Shown: positions 9,841 through 19,436, counted from the stretch's first letter. The stretch is 64,000 bases of DNA from an uncultured Alphaproteobacteria bacterium (GCA_963800985.1 CAWDDI010000034.1:70165-134164); one strand, 5' to 3'. A program made the numbers and translations. The notes: generated from the letters alone by a model not told the origin.

Positions 9841-9930
9841 TCGCCAAGGCTCTCCGAGCTTGGTTATCGCGGGCGCCGGCAGGTGTCCGGCGTCTCTTGT
9901 ACCCATGTTGCTCTCTTGGAGGATGTGGTT
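9841..9930 (+). promoter_or_regulatory. ROSE-like RNA thermometer leader of the first Hsp20 gene
   Basis: Hairpins 'ccaaggctctccgagcttgg' and 'gccggcaggtgtccggc' come first. A final stem 'CCATGTT(G)CTC tctt GAGGATGTGG' pairs the SD GGAGGA with a U(U/C)GCU-type motif and leaves one bulged G. It lies directly before ATG 9931. Confidence 0.6.
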
Positions 9931-10413
9931 ATGAGGCACTACGACTTCTCTCCGCTCTATCGTTCGACGGTCGGTTTCGATCGGCTGTTCGACATGCTCG
10001 ACCATGCGACCCGCGTCGAGCCGATGACGAACTGGCCGCCCTACAACATCGAGAAAGCCGGGGACGACCAGTATCGCATCACCATGGCGATCGCGGGCTT
10101 CTCGCCCGACGAGATCGAGCTCACCCAGCAGGCGAACGCGCTCATCGTCTCCGGCCAGCGAAAAGGCTCGGAGGACGACAAGCAGTACCTCCATCGCGGC
10201 ATCGCCACGCGCGCCTTCAAGCAGACCTTCAATCTCGCCGACCACGTGAAGGTCACGGGCGCGACGCTGGAGAACGGTCTTCTGACCATCGAGCTGCAGC
10301 GCGAGGTGCCCGACGCCCTGAAGCCGCGCCGGATCGAGATCGGGACCGCGAAGGGCCCGACCGCCGTCCAGGACAACAAGCGTCAGCAGATCGAGCACGA
10401 GAAAGCGGCGTGA
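9931..10413 (+). CDS. Small heat-shock protein, Hsp20/IbpA family
   Basis: 'MRHYDFSPLYRSTVGFDRLFDML...PPYNIEKAGDDQYRITMAIAGF...GLLTIEL' alpha-crystallin domain. SD 'ggagga' at 9918-9923. Confidence 0.92.
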   Translation: MRHYDFSPLYRSTVGFDRLFDMLDHATRVEPMTNWPPYNIEKAGDDQYRITMAIAGFSPDEIELTQQANALIVSGQRKGSEDDKQYLHRGIATRAFKQTFNLADHVKVTGATLENGLLTIELQREVPDALKPRRIEIGTAKGPTAVQDNKRQQIEHEKAA

Positions 10414-10586
10414 CGAAGCGCGCCGGGCGGCCCGCCGGTGCCCGGATGCCGGTGGCGGTTCGGTGCCGCCCGCCGCAACGATCGGGTGATCGAGCACGAG
10501 AAAGCGGCGTAACGCAGCGCGCCGGGCGGCCCGCCGGTATCGGCATTCCGGTGGCGGTTCAATGCCGCCCGCCGCAAGGATCGAGA
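10389..10586. repeat. Tandem direct duplication, 2 x 99 bp, spanning the 3' end of the first Hsp20 gene and its downstream hairpin region
   Basis: Unit 1 (10389-10487) reads 'gatcgagcacgagaaagcggcgtgacgaagcgcgccgggcggcccgccggtg...'. Unit 2 (10488-10586) reads 'gatcgagcacgagaaagcggcgtaacgcagcgcgccgggcggcccgccggta...'. The units are similar but not identical. Both contain a GGGCGGC...GCCGCCC stem. Confidence 0.85.
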
Positions 10587-10596
10587 GGAGGAAAGC

Positions 10597-11109
10597 ATGA
10601 ACATGCGCGATCTCATTCCCTGGGGTCGGACGCAGACGGCTCCGACCCGCTTCCGCGAGGAAGGGGATCCTTTCATGACCCTGCATCGCGAGATGAACCG
10701 GCTCTTCGACGACGTGTTCCGCGGGTTCGATTTCGCGCCCTTCGGCGGCATGGCACGGCAGGCCGGCTGGCCGAGCGTCGAGGTCGTCGAGAACGACAAG
10801 GACGTGCGCGTCAGTGCGGAGCTGCCGGGCTTGAGCGAGAAGGACGTCGAGGTCTTCCTGCAGGAAGGCGTGCTGACGCTCAGGGGCGAAAAGCGTTCCG
10901 AGGTCGAGGACAAGCAGCGCTCCTTCAGCGAGCGCTACTACGGCCGCTTCGAGCGCCGCATCCCGCTGCCCTGGGACGTCGAGGAGGACAAGATCGAGGC
11001 CTCGTTCGACAACGGGGTGCTGACCGTCACGATGCCGAAGTCGCCCCAGGCGGCGCAGCGCGTGAAGCACATCGCCGTGACGGGCAAGGCGGAGGAAACG
11101 AAGCATTGA
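10597..11109 (+). CDS. Small heat-shock protein, Hsp20 family (second copy, different subfamily)
   Basis: 'WPSVEVVENDKDVRVSAELPGLSEKDVEVFLQEGVLTLRGEK...FERRIPLP...ASFDNGVLTVTMPK'. SD 'gaggagga' upstream. Confidence 0.92.
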   Translation: MNMRDLIPWGRTQTAPTRFREEGDPFMTLHREMNRLFDDVFRGFDFAPFGGMARQAGWPSVEVVENDKDVRVSAELPGLSEKDVEVFLQEGVLTLRGEKRSEVEDKQRSFSERYYGRFERRIPLPWDVEEDKIEASFDNGVLTVTMPKSPQAAQRVKHIAVTGKAEETKH

Positions 11110-11123
11110 CGTCAACGCACCTG

Positions 11124-11150
11124 GGCGGGGCTTCCACCGCCCGGTGCTTT
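11124..11150 (+). terminator. Possible intrinsic terminator after the second Hsp20 gene
   Basis: 'GGGCGG ggcttcca CCGCCC' stem-loop followed by 'ggtgcttt'. The T-tract is weak. Confidence 0.4.
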
Positions 11151-11173
11151 CGTGACCCTATCGGGAGACACGC

Positions 11174-11455
11174 ATGAACGACGCCGTGAGAGGGGCGGAC
11201 GTTCCCGCGAGCGGCACCCGTGAAGCCAGGCCTCCGGGACACGGGCGGCCGGTGTTCACGCATCCTTCCGAGGTGCTCGGACACCCCGCCTTGTCGCGGA
11301 CCGAAAAACGCGCCCTGCTCGCCGCGTGGGCCTCCGACGCCTGCGCGGTCGAGGGGCGGCCCGCCTGGCGTCAGGTGCCGGACAGCGGCGCCCTGGTGCC
11401 GATCGACGCGATCCTCGACGCCCTCCAGGCGCTCGACGGCCGAGTGCTCCACTGA
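11174..11455 (+). CDS. Conserved-looking hypothetical protein (93 aa)
   Basis: High-GC3 frame and non-repetitive sequence 'LSRTEKRALLAAWASDACAVEGRPAWRQVP...IDAILDALQALD'. No family assignable by eye. Confidence 0.5.
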   Translation: MNDAVRGADVPASGTREARPPGHGRPVFTHPSEVLGHPALSRTEKRALLAAWASDACAVEGRPAWRQVPDSGALVPIDAILDALQALDGRVLH

Positions 11456-11823
11456 CGCACCGGCGACCCGAAACGGATCGGAGCCGCGCAGCGGGCGATC
11501 CAGCAGCCTCTCGCGGCCCGCCAGGGATTTACGCACGCACGCCGGCTTGCCTTGGAAGGGACCGCCCGCATAACGTAAAAGCCCGCCCAATTCAGATCGG
11601 GGTAAGATGTGGCGCAGGAGCGAGCGCCGAGGCGCTCGCGGCATCGGCGATCGGATCCCGCTCGCCCTCGATTAGAGCCAGAGGCGCACTGCAAGCTCGT
11701 CGAACAGCTCGGCCTTGCCTGGTGGTTGAACGATCGGTCGATCTCGAACATACCGCTTCGATCGCCGCGGATCGGTTCTGCTTCGGACCGCGCCGCTTCC
11801 ACGAACGCCGACGAGGATTTATC

Positions 11824-12468
11824 GTGCCGCAGCTTCGCGCCGCCATCATCCCGGTCACGGTCTTTCAGCAGAATTGCACCCTGCTCTGGAACGAATCCAC
11901 CAAGCGGGGCGCCGTGATCGACCCCGGCGGCGACCTCGACCGGGTCATGGAGGCGGTCGAGGCGAACGGGGTCGAAGTCGAGAAGATCCTGCTCACGCAC
12001 GGCCATATCGACCATGCGGGCGGAGCGGCCGAGCTCAAGGAGCGGCTTGGCGTTCCGATCGAGGGGCCCCATCGCGCGGACAGCTTCCTGCTCGAGCGCC
12101 TCGTCGATTCGGGCCGGTCTTCAGGGATCGCGGGATCGCGAAACGCGACGCCGGACCGCTGGCTCGACGAGGGCGATCGGGTCACCGTCGGAGCGGCCGA
12201 TTTCGCGGTGCTGCACTGCCCCGGACACTCGCCGGGCAGCGTCGTTTTCGTCAACCGCGATCAACGCTTCGCGATCGTGGGCGACGTGCTTTTCCGCGGC
12301 TCGGTCGGGCGGACCGATCTTCCGGGCGGAGACCATCAGGCCTTGATCGGCTCCATCAAGACCAAGCTCCTGCCCCTCGGCGACGACGTGACGTTTCTCT
12401 GCGGGCATGGCCCGACCAGCACCATCGGCCAGGAACGGGCAACGAACCCGTTCATCCTGCAACAATAA
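11824..12468 (+). CDS. MBL-fold metallo-hydrolase (glyoxalase-II-like, ~214 aa)
   Basis: 'LLTHGHIDHAGG' (HxHxDH) and 'HCPGHSPGS' motifs. Start placed at GTG 11824 (…PQLRAAIIPVTVFQQNC). The longer ORF-track N-terminus is Arg-rich and non-homologous. Confidence 0.85.
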   Translation: MPQLRAAIIPVTVFQQNCTLLWNESTKRGAVIDPGGDLDRVMEAVEANGVEVEKILLTHGHIDHAGGAAELKERLGVPIEGPHRADSFLLERLVDSGRSSGIAGSRNATPDRWLDEGDRVTVGAADFAVLHCPGHSPGSVVFVNRDQRFAIVGDVLFRGSVGRTDLPGGDHQALIGSIKTKLLPLGDDVTFLCGHGPTSTIGQERATNPFILQQ

Positions 12469-12489
12469 TCCCACCCGAGCCGAGCCGAC

Positions 12490-13929
12490 ATGAAGAACAA
12501 CCCGTTTCGCGAATGGGCGCACCGCGCGGCCGAATGGTCCGCGGATTACCTCGAAACCGTGGCCGAACGCCCCGTCCGGGCGCAGGTCGAACCTGGCCGG
12601 ATCGCAAAGGCTCTGCCGCGAAAGCCGCCCGAAAGCGGCGAGGCCATGGAGGCGATCTTCGCGGATTTCGACCGGCTCATCGTGCCCGGCATGACGCACT
12701 GGCAGCATCCCCGGTTCTTCGCCTACTTCCCGGCGAATTCGAGCCCGCCGTCGGTCGTCGCGGAATATCTCACCGCCACCATGGCGGCCCAGTGCATGCT
12801 CTGGCAGACCTCGCCCGCCGCCACCGAGCTCGAGACGCGGATGCTCGACTGGCTGCGGCAGATGATCGGGCTTCCGGAGGCGTTCGCGGGCGTGATCCAG
12901 GACTCGGCGTCCGGCGCCACCTTGGCGGCTCTCCTCACGGCCCGCGAGAAGGCGCTCGGCTTCAGCGGCAATCGGCAGGGCCTTTCGCGACAGCCTGCAG
13001 TGCGGGTGTACTGCTCGGCGCACGCCCATTCCTCCATCGACAAGGCGGTGCGCATCGCCGGCATCGGCGACGCCAACCTCGTCCGGGTGCCGGTCGAGGG
13101 CGAGCGCTTCGGCATGGACGTCCACGCCTTGGACCGAGCCATACGGGCGGATCGGGATTCGGGGCACCTCCCCGCCGCCGTCGTGGCGTGTCTCGGCGGG
13201 ACGAGCGTCGGAGCGTGCGACGACATCGAGGCGGTCGCGGCGGTCGCCCGCCGGCACGGCCTCTATCTCCACGTCGATGCCGCCTGGGCGGGCAGCGCCA
13301 TGATCTGCCCGGAGTTCCGCGACCTGATGCGCGGCGCCGCCGAGGCCGACAGCTTCGTGTTCAACCCGCACAAATGGCTGTTCACGAACTTCGACTGCTC
13401 GGCCCACTTCGTTCGCGACCCGCAGGGGCTGACCGACACGCTCGGCGTACGACCCGCCTACCTGCGGACCTTGGACCGCGAGGGAACGATCGATTACAGC
13501 GAATGGTCCGTGCCCCTCGGGCGCCGTTTCCGCGCGCTGAAACTGTGGTTCGTGATCCGCTCCTACGGCGTCGACGCCCTGCGCGACATGATCCGCCGGC
13601 ATGTGGCCTGGTCGCGGGAGCTCGCCGCCCTGATCGACGCGCATCCGGACTTTGAGCTCGTCACCCGGCCGGTTCTGTCGCTCTTCACGTTCCGGTACAC
13701 GCCCGACCGCCTCGGCGACCACGAGACCCTGAACGTGCGGCTTCTGAATGCGGTCAACGACGATGGCCGAATTTACCTGACGCAGACGCAGCACGACGGG
13801 CGCTTCGTCATCCGGTTCCAGGTGGGTCAGACCTACACGACGCGTGACGACGTGATGCTGGCCTGGGATGTCATCCGGGAACTCGCCGAAACCTGCTCCT
13901 CGCGCCGCGACGAGGGCGTCCCGCGGTAG
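12490..13929 (+). CDS. PLP-dependent decarboxylase, group II (aromatic-L-amino-acid/tyrosine decarboxylase-like)
   Basis: 'HWQHPRFFAYFPANSSPPSVVAEYL' and 'FVFNPHKWLFTNFDCS' (PLP-lysine HK motif). 479 aa. Confidence 0.9.
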   Translation: MKNNPFREWAHRAAEWSADYLETVAERPVRAQVEPGRIAKALPRKPPESGEAMEAIFADFDRLIVPGMTHWQHPRFFAYFPANSSPPSVVAEYLTATMAAQCMLWQTSPAATELETRMLDWLRQMIGLPEAFAGVIQDSASGATLAALLTAREKALGFSGNRQGLSRQPAVRVYCSAHAHSSIDKAVRIAGIGDANLVRVPVEGERFGMDVHALDRAIRADRDSGHLPAAVVACLGGTSVGACDDIEAVAAVARRHGLYLHVDAAWAGSAMICPEFRDLMRGAAEADSFVFNPHKWLFTNFDCSAHFVRDPQGLTDTLGVRPAYLRTLDREGTIDYSEWSVPLGRRFRALKLWFVIRSYGVDALRDMIRRHVAWSRELAALIDAHPDFELVTRPVLSLFTFRYTPDRLGDHETLNVRLLNAVNDDGRIYLTQTQHDGRFVIRFQVGQTYTTRDDVMLAWDVIRELAETCSSRRDEGVPR

Positions 13930-14042
13930 GCGCTCTTCCGGTCGCTGCAGTCGCGGTGCGCCGCCGCTCCGGCGGCACCGGCCGCTCACCAGAAGGTCGA
14001 GCCGAGGGCGGCAGGAAGAGATTCGGACCCGGCACCTTCGCC

Positions 14043-14261
14043 TCAATCGTGCGCGGCTCCGGTCTCCACCACCGAGACTTCCTCGTAACGGATCACGGTC
14101 AGTTCGGCTCCGCAGCCGGTGCAGAATCCAAGCGTGGGCGCTGCAATCATCTCGATCGTTCGGCACTTGATGCAGCCGGCCAGCGCCGGGATCAATCGTC
14201 CCGAGCTCAGGCGCATGCCCTCCCGCGCGGCCTCGCTCGCCTGGATGGCTTGATCGAACAT
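14043..14261 (-). CDS. Small zinc-ribbon-like protein (72 aa)
   Basis: 'MFDQAIQASEAAREGMRLSSGRLIPALAGCIKCRTIEMIAAPTLGFCTGCGAELTVIRYEEV...' with CxxC...CxxC. SD 'gggagga' lies 6 nt upstream of ATG 14261. It is the tail of ORF 14043..15785. Confidence 0.55.
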   Translation of the reverse strand: MFDQAIQASEAAREGMRLSSGRLIPALAGCIKCRTIEMIAAPTLGFCTGCGAELTVIRYEEVSVVETGAAHD

Positions 14262-14514
14262 CGGCGTCCTCCCTCGCGCTCGCAAAAGCCGGCGTGCCGC
14301 CCGTGGCGGGCGTTCTCCGATCCGGGAGCAGACGCTAAGACGGCAGCGTTGCTTGAAGATTTCGTCCCTCGTTTCGTTGGATTGGAAGATTCTTAGCGTC
14401 CGTGAGCCAGGCTGCACCGCGCCCGCTCTGCCCGAGGAAAACTCGTGCTCGTGCCACCCCGGCCGGCATCGCGCTGGCGCACAGCTGACGAACCGGCTTC
14501 GATCGGCTCCCTCC

Positions 14515-17258
14515 TCAGCCGGTGTTGCGCAAGCCCGCCGCGATGCCGTTGATGGTGAGGTGGATGCCCTCGCGAACCGTTCGTCCGCATCGCCTTGGCG
14601 GTACCGGCGCAGAAGCTCGATCTGCAGGTGGTTCAGCGGCTCGATGTAGGGAAGACGCAGGCGGATCGAGCGGGCAAGCGCCGGGTTGCGCTCCAGGAGG
14701 GCCGACTGGCCTCCGATCTCGAGCAAGCCATCGTGGGTCCTCGTCCAGCCGTCGCGAATCGCGCCGAAGATGCGCGTCCGCAGAGCCTCGTCGGTCACGA
14801 GGTCGGCGTATCCGGTCGGCGACGTCCATATCGGACTTGGCGAGCACCATCTCGAGGTTCGAAAGCGCGGTCTGGAAGAACGGCCAGCCCTCGAGCCATG
14901 GCGCGCAGCAGGCCACGGTCGGGGAAGGCGGTCAGCGCCGCCCCGACGCCGTACCAGCCCGGCAGCATGATTCGCGCCTGCGCCCAGCTGAACACCCAGG
15001 GGATGGCGCGCAGGTCTTCGATCGCGTCGGACGTCGTGCGGGAGGCCGGGCGCGAGCCGATCTTGAGCTCGGCGATCTCGCCGATCGGCGTCGCCTGGCG
15101 GAAGAACGTCTTGAAATCCGGGCTCGTCATAGACGAGGCCGCGGTAGGTGCGAAAGCCGTCGCGCTCAAGGTGCGCATCGCGCCGCGGAAGCGTTCGAGG
15201 TCGGCGGCGCCCACCTCTGGCGGCTCGAGCGAGGCGAGCACGGTCGCTGCCGTCATGGTCTCGAGGCTCGCGTCGCCGAGAGCGGGGTCGCCGTACTTCG
15301 ACGCGATCACTTCGCCCTGCTCGGTGATGCGTATGCGGCCGCCGACGCTTCCCTGCGGCTGGGCTCTGATCGCCGCGAACGCCGGTCCGCCGCCTCGGCC
15401 GACCGCGCCGCCGCGCCCATGAAAGAGCTGCAATCGAACGCCCGCCGCGGCGAAGACGTCGACGAGCGCCGACGAGGTCTCGTGCAGCGACCAGATGGAC
15501 GTGAGATAGCCGCCGTCCTTGTTGCTGTCCGAGTAGCCGATCATCACCTCCTGAAATCCGCCGCGCGCACGGGCCAGGGCCGCGATCTCCGGCAGCGCCA
15601 GGAAGTCGCGCATCACGTCCGCGGCTGCCTCGAGGTCGTCGATCGTCTCGAACAGCGGCACCGCCATGACGGAGCACCAGGGCTGCTCGCCGGGGCGATA
15701 GAGCCCGACCTCCTTCAGCAGCAGGTAGACCTCGAGCAGGTCGGCGACTCCGCTCGTCTTCGAGACGACGTAGGTCGTGATGCACGCCGGTCCGAAGCGG
15801 GCATGCGCCGCCGCCGCCGCTTCCAGGATCGCGTACTCGCTCCGGGTCTCGTCGGAGTAGTCGGAGAAAGGGTTCCGCAGCAGGCGCGCGTGCGCGAGCT
15901 CGTCGCGCAGGAGGGCAACGCGCGCGCCCTGGTCGAGCGTGCCGTAATCGGCTTCCACGCCGGCGACCCGGAGCAGCTCGGCGACCACCCGATGGTGGAC
16001 GTCCGCGCTCTGACGCAGGTCGAGAGTCGCGAGGTGGAGGCCGAAGGTCTCGACGGCGCGGATCAGGCGGTCGAGCCGGCTACCGATCATGACCGCACCG
16101 TGCTCGGCGAGCGAGGCACGCACGACGGCGAGATCGGCGAGGAGTGCCGCCGCACTCTCGTAAGCCTCGGCGGGCACCGTGGTCGGCCGGGCCGGCTGCG
16201 CGCGCGTGAGCGACACGTAAGCGGCTGCGAGCCGGGCGTAGATGCCCGTGATGGCTCGCCGGTAGGGCTCGTCGGCGCGATGGGGCGAAGGATCGCCGGA
16301 CGCATCGGCCAGTCGGACGAGCTCTGGCGAGACCGGTGCGAAGGTGGAGGAGATCGACAACTCGGCGCCGAGCGCGTGCAGCTCGTCGAGGTAGTAGTCG
16401 AGCGCGGTCATGGCCTGGCGCTTAAGGGCGTAGCTCAGGGTCTCGGCCGTGACGTTCGGGTTGCCGTCGCGGTCGCCGCCGATCCAGCTTCCGGGCTTGA
16501 GAAAACTGGGCAGCCGGGTGCCGACGGCAGCATCCCAGCGGGCGTGGAGCCGCGGCAGCACGGGAAGGAAGGTCGTGCGGAAGTAGGACAGCGCCGTCTC
16601 GATCTCGTCGACGACCAGGAGCCGGACGGCGCGCAACGGTCGCGTTTGCCAGAGAAGCAGCGATATGGCGGCGCAGCTCCGCTTCGAGCTCGGCGCGCAC
16701 CGCGGTGTCGGTCTCGCGTTCGAGCACGGTCATCAGCTCGGCGATGGCCGCCTCGTGGTCGATGACGCTCTTGCGGCGCACCTCCGTGGGGTGCGCGGTG
16801 AGCACCGGGGCGATCAAGGCTTGGCCGAGCAGCTCCGCCACGCGGTCGCGGCCGGTGCCTTCGCGCTCGAGAGTCTTCACGGCGGCGGCAAGCGTGGTGG
16901 GGGCGGATCGGCCCGCGCCGGCACCGTCCCGTGCGGCCGCCATGCTCATCCGCTCGAACGCGTCCTGCCGCTGGCGGCGGTCCTCAGCGAGGTTGGCGAG
17001 CTGCGAGAAGCAGGTAAAGCCGCGGACGAAGCGCAACGTATCCGCGAGGCTGAGCTCGTCGAGCCGCGCCGTCAGCCGTTCCTCATGTGCTCGTCCCCCG
17101 AAGCGGTGGACCGCGACCGCGGCTTGGCGGATCGTCTCGATGCGATCGAAGACCGCTTCGCCTTCCTGGGACCGGATCACGTCGCCGAGCAGGCGGCCGA
17201 GGAAGCGGACGTCCTCCCGTTCGGGGTCAACGTGAGGGACCGACGGGGTATGAGTCAT
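14515..17258 (-). pseudogene. ppc: Phosphoenolpyruvate carboxylase with the reading frame broken four times
   Basis: PEPC sequence is collinear across 4 frames. The pieces are 'MTHTPS...VLTAHPTEVRRKS...ELRRHI', then 'LLLWQTRPLRAVRLLVVDE...GGDRDGNPNV...AIPWVFSWAQARIMLPGWYGVG...LLRAM', then 'LEGWPFFQTALSNLEMVLAKSDMDVADR', then 'YADLVTDEAL...PLNHLQIELLRRYRQGDADERFAR', then 'GIHLTINGIAAGLRNTG*'. Switches lie near 16655-16665, 14896, 14811 and 14568. The 2744-nt span is not divisible by 3. Confidence 0.9.
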
Positions 17259-17544
17259 GGTGACGACCTCGATCCTCGGGCGTCGTCCCGAGCTTCCTGT
17301 CCTTTTCGGGCCCAACACCCGGCGAGGCCCCATCGAAGGACCGGCCCTCAACGGTCGCATAAGGCCGGAGCCCCTCGCAAGCTGCGCCGGGTTCAAACCC
17401 CGGCGGGCATCGAGGTGCGCCCGCAGCAGACTCCCGCCTCAGCGACACGCGCTCTTGAAGCACCAGTGCCGGCCAGCGGCGTCCATCGCCGGTCGCTCGC
17501 AAAGGACTGGTCAACCGTCCGACGGTCCGCCAGTGTGCCCTGTG

Positions 17545-18510
17545 ATGACCCGCCCGCCTTTCATCGTCTGTATCGGCGGCGCCTGCGTGGACCGCACCTA
17601 CCGCGCCCACGCCCCTCTGGCGCCCGCAACCTCCAACCCCGTGAGCGCCGCCGCCGCGGGTTTCGGGGGCGTCGCCCGGAACGTCGCGGAAAACCTCGCG
17701 CGCCTGAACGTGTCTGCCGGACTCGTCTCGAGCATCGGAGCCGATGAACCCGGAAGGGCCCTTTCGTCCCATCTCGGTACGCTCGGGGTGACGACCCGGC
17801 TCACCGTGGCGGACGGTCGGCGGACAGCCGAATACGTGGCCGTGCTGCAGCCTTCGGGCGGGTTGGCCTTCGGTCTCGCCGATATGGAGATCTTCGAGAC
17901 CTTGACGCCCCGTCTCATCGACGAGGTCTGGCCGCTCCTCTCGGGGGCCGACGGGGTCCTCGCCGATTGCAACCTGCCCGGTGACACGCTCGCTCACCTG
18001 ATCGGGCGATGCCGTGAGCCGTCGGCTTTCAAGCTCGCCGTCGATGCCGTGTCGATATCGAAGGCGCGGCGCCTGCCGAGCGACCTCGCCGGCGTCGATC
18101 TTCTCTTCGCCAACCTCGACGAGGCTTGCGCGATCGTCGGCGCCGACCCCATGGCCCGTTCGCCTGAAGATTTAGCGCGATCGATCCTCGACCGAGGCGC
18201 CGGCGCCTTCGTGCTGACTCTCGGCGAGCGGGGGGTGCTCGCGGCGCAGCCCGGGGGTGCTATAACGACGCTGCCGGCCGTGGCCGCGGATGTCGTCGAC
18301 GTCACCGGCGCGGGCGACGCGCTGATCGCGGGGACCCTGTCGCGGGTGATCGATGGAGCGCCACTCGTGGAGGCGTTACGGACCGGCCTCGTCGCCGCGG
18401 CATTGGCGATCGAGACCGGTGGCAGCGTAAGGCTCGACCTGTCTCCGGGCCTGATCCGGACCGCGGCGCGGCGCGCGCAAGCGGTGAGCGACCCCGAGGA
18501 GGCGCAATGA
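17545..18510 (+). CDS. psuK: PfkB-family kinase, pseudouridine kinase-like
   Basis: 'FIVCIGGACVDR', 'GGVARNVAENLARL' and 'DVTGAGDALIAG' motifs. The stop overlaps the psuG start (ATGA at 18507-18510). Confidence 0.8.
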   Translation: MTRPPFIVCIGGACVDRTYRAHAPLAPATSNPVSAAAAGFGGVARNVAENLARLNVSAGLVSSIGADEPGRALSSHLGTLGVTTRLTVADGRRTAEYVAVLQPSGGLAFGLADMEIFETLTPRLIDEVWPLLSGADGVLADCNLPGDTLAHLIGRCREPSAFKLAVDAVSISKARRLPSDLAGVDLLFANLDEACAIVGADPMARSPEDLARSILDRGAGAFVLTLGERGVLAAQPGGAITTLPAVAADVVDVTGAGDALIAGTLSRVIDGAPLVEALRTGLVAAALAIETGGSVRLDLSPGLIRTAARRAQAVSDPEEAQ

Positions 18511-19436
18511 CCGCGAACTCCCCTCCCCACCTCCTGGACGTCCGCGACGACGTGGGGCGCGCGCTGGAGCAACGTGCACCCGTCGTCGCGCTCGAGTCCA
18601 CGATCATCACCCATGGCATGCCGCATCCGCAGAACGTCGCGACGGCTCGTGCCGTCGAGGAGATGGTTCGGGAGAACGGGGCCGTGCCGGCGACGATCGC
18701 GATCGTGCGGGGACGTATCAAAGTCGGGCTCTCCCGCGACGAGCTCGACTGGCTCGGGACCGCCACCGACGTGCTGAAGGTCAGTCGCGCCGACCTGCCT
18801 TATGCGGTCGCAGCCGGTCGGCACGGCTCTACAACCGTGGCCGCCACCATGATCTGCGCACACCTGGCGGGCATCCGCGTCTTCGCCACCGGCGGGATCG
18901 GTGGGGTGCACCGGGGTGTGGAGGAGACCTTGGACATCTCGGCGGATCTCGACGAACTCGCGCGGACCCCGGTCGTCGTCGTCTGCGCCGGTGCCAAGGC
19001 GATCCTCGATCTGCCGCGAACGCTCGAGTATCTCGAGACCTGCGGCGTGCCCGTGGTGGGTTACCGGACCGACTGCTTTCCTGCGTTCTGGAGCCGTGCC
19101 AGCGACCTTCCGGTGCCGATCCGGCTCGACACGCCGGCCGCGATCGCCGATCTCGTCCGGGCGAAGGACCGGCTTCGGCTGAATGGGGGCGTGCTGGTCG
19201 CCAACCCTGTCTCCGAAGAGGACGAGATCCCCTCCGACGAGATGCGGCGTCTCATCGACGATGCCGTCGAGGCGGCGCGCAGACGCGGCATCGCCGGGAA
19301 AGCCGTGACGCCGTTTCTTCTGTCACACCTGAACCGGGTCACGGAAGGGCGAAGCCTCACCGCTAACATTGCCCTGGTGAAGCAGAACGCAGCCTTGGCG
19401 GCCCGTATTGCGGTCTCCCTGGCGCAGCCACCCTGA
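18507..19436 (+). CDS. psuG: Pseudouridine-5'-phosphate glycosidase
   Basis: 'VVALESTIITHGMPHPQN', 'TTVAATMICAHLAGIRVFATGGIGGVHRG' and 'VVVVCAGAKAILDLPRTLEYLET' are characteristic of PsuG/IndA. Confidence 0.93.
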   Translation: MTANSPPHLLDVRDDVGRALEQRAPVVALESTIITHGMPHPQNVATARAVEEMVRENGAVPATIAIVRGRIKVGLSRDELDWLGTATDVLKVSRADLPYAVAAGRHGSTTVAATMICAHLAGIRVFATGGIGGVHRGVEETLDISADLDELARTPVVVVCAGAKAILDLPRTLEYLETCGVPVVGYRTDCFPAFWSRASDLPVPIRLDTPAAIADLVRAKDRLRLNGGVLVANPVSEEDEIPSDEMRRLIDDAVEAARRRGIAGKAVTPFLLSHLNRVTEGRSLTANIALVKQNAALAARIAVSLAQPP

